DNA of 62,629 nucleotides, taken from assembly GCF_001194135.2 (NCBI RefSeq), contig NC_069006.1, positions 4,014,423 to 4,077,051 on the forward strand, read 5' to 3'. The stretch comes from Octopus bimaculoides (Eukaryota). Each line of letters begins with the position of its first letter. Positions within the stretch are counted from its first letter, which is position 1. Shown here piece after piece: positions 61,225-62,629 of the stretch. A model generated the notes under the pieces. It had not been told where the DNA came from and did not search any database. It was given only the letters and a program-made list of their open reading frames with translations. Made by a program: the position numbers and the translations under genes.

Positions 61225-61560
61225 GGCAGAGTGGTTTCGGAGCTCACTTTGCAACCATTTAGTTTCCAGTTCAAACCCACAGCGCAACACCTTCGATAAG
61301 TGTGTTCTACAAGAGACCCGGGCAAACTAATGCCTTGTGCTTGATAGAAACCGTGTGGACGTTTGACGTGTGTGTGTGTGTGTGCGTGCGTGCGCGCGGT
61401 ATGTGTGTTGTGTAGTTGCCCTCCTACCACTTGAAAACCGGTGTTCGTTTGTTTACGTCCCCTGTAACTTAGCGATTCAGTAAAAGAGCAATAGAGACCA
61501 ATAGAATAAGTACCCGACTTAAATAAAAATAATAAATATTGGAGTCGATTTGTTCGATTA
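61225..61560 (+). mobile_element. Old, diverged SINE family 1 relative
   Basis: Residual head, internal (TG)n and the GTTTACGTCCCCTGTAACTTAGCG...GAATAAGTAC tail. Confidence 0.65.
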
Positions 61561-62629
61561 AATCCCTCCATTCAAAGCGGAGCTGAAGCTTTACCTCTGT
61601 GATTTGGTAAGTCTGTTATTCTTCCATCTTAGAATATCATTTACGGTCACATATTTCATGACAATCTTTCTAAAACGTCATCCCTCGCCTCTCTCTCCGT
61701 AAAAGATTACCATATACAACAAGTGTACGCAATTGAAGCAATGTTAAATTAAAATAGCCATCTATGTATCATAATTAGCGTTTATACATCGTTGAGAGAC
61801 AGCAGACTACAGATTTCGTCCGAGATAAAATATGGACATAAAACAGTTTTTTTTTTTTTTTTTACCTCATAGCGATGTAGAGACATAGATTTCTATTTTA
61901 ACTCTTTGCTCAAAGTATTTTCGTAAATTTGTCTGGAACGTCCATATTCGTTTTCAGAATTTTAGACTGCTCTTCTTTTCAGACTTGTAGTTAGTTAGCC
62001 CATGATCCTCAGACGTTTCTGAATAATATTATGCTTTCCTTTTATAAATTCCAAGTGACTTAAGTGGCTGAAAAAAAATTGCAAATGTGAATGATATGTG
62101 ATGTATGGATGCCAAGGAAATATGTCCTCAAAGGGTTGATACAATTCTATATCAATATTTTGATTTTTGATAAGGTAAAATCGTTAAGCACGCCGGCCAT
62201 TTCATCCGTCGTTAGGTTTTGAATTTCTAATTCTACCGAAGTCGACTTTGCCTTTTAATCTTTTGGGCTCTATAAAATAAGTACCAGTTGAACTTATGGG
62301 GCCGATGTAATCGGCTTACAGCGCTCTCAAAATTGCTGGCCATGTGCCAAAATTGGAAACCAAGTCATTAATACATATGTACTATCTCCCTTGAATATAC
62401 TTAATTTCAGGGGAAGTAACTTTACACAAATCTACTTCAAGTTATTTCCCGTTATTATTAGAATTATTTCCCTTCAAAAGACCACGAAACGCCGACTGTT
62501 ATCAAAGCTTTCGTTTCTTTTCCAGTTTTCCATTATATTTCTTTACTACCATGAATATCCATGAATAGTGTTGAACTCTTATTTGAAATTTATGTGAAAC
62601 TATATATATGTATATATATATGTATATAT

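Noticed and set aside
189-62629. The great majority of ORFs in the supplied track (poly-YI, HT, CV, LS, poly-X and similar)
   Set aside because: They are translations of di-, tri- and tetranucleotide microsatellites, SINEs or N-gaps, with no domain content.

Overview
AT-rich, microsatellite-saturated metazoan genomic DNA with 18 N-gaps. The repeat landscape (tRNA-derived SINEs with an internal microsatellite, RTE, Dong/R4, Penelope and mariner relics) points to an octopus or other cephalopod draft assembly; this is inference. One protein-coding gene is supportable: a + strand, multi-exon, metal-dependent amidohydrolase of the 'dihydroorotase-like' deacetylase type (COG3964/Atu3266-like, a family I know mainly from bacteria). 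Four exons join with consistent phases and canonical sites: 3499-3615, 5791-5935, 54464-54546 and 56698-57329 (325 codons plus stop). The N-terminal HxH exon(s) are not in the window. A 48.5 kb intron fills most of the window and holds many transposon relics. The most unusual non-coding items are a 281-bp foldback element with a 9-bp TSD and inner telomeric (CCCTAA)n/(TTAGGG)n arms, minimal hammerhead-ribozyme-like motifs (one with a U3-A8 covariation), several near-perfect hairpin elements, and inverted SINE pairs bracketing the small exons. Almost all entries in the ORF track are microsatellite or gap artefacts. No CRISPR, rRNA or intact tRNA was found.
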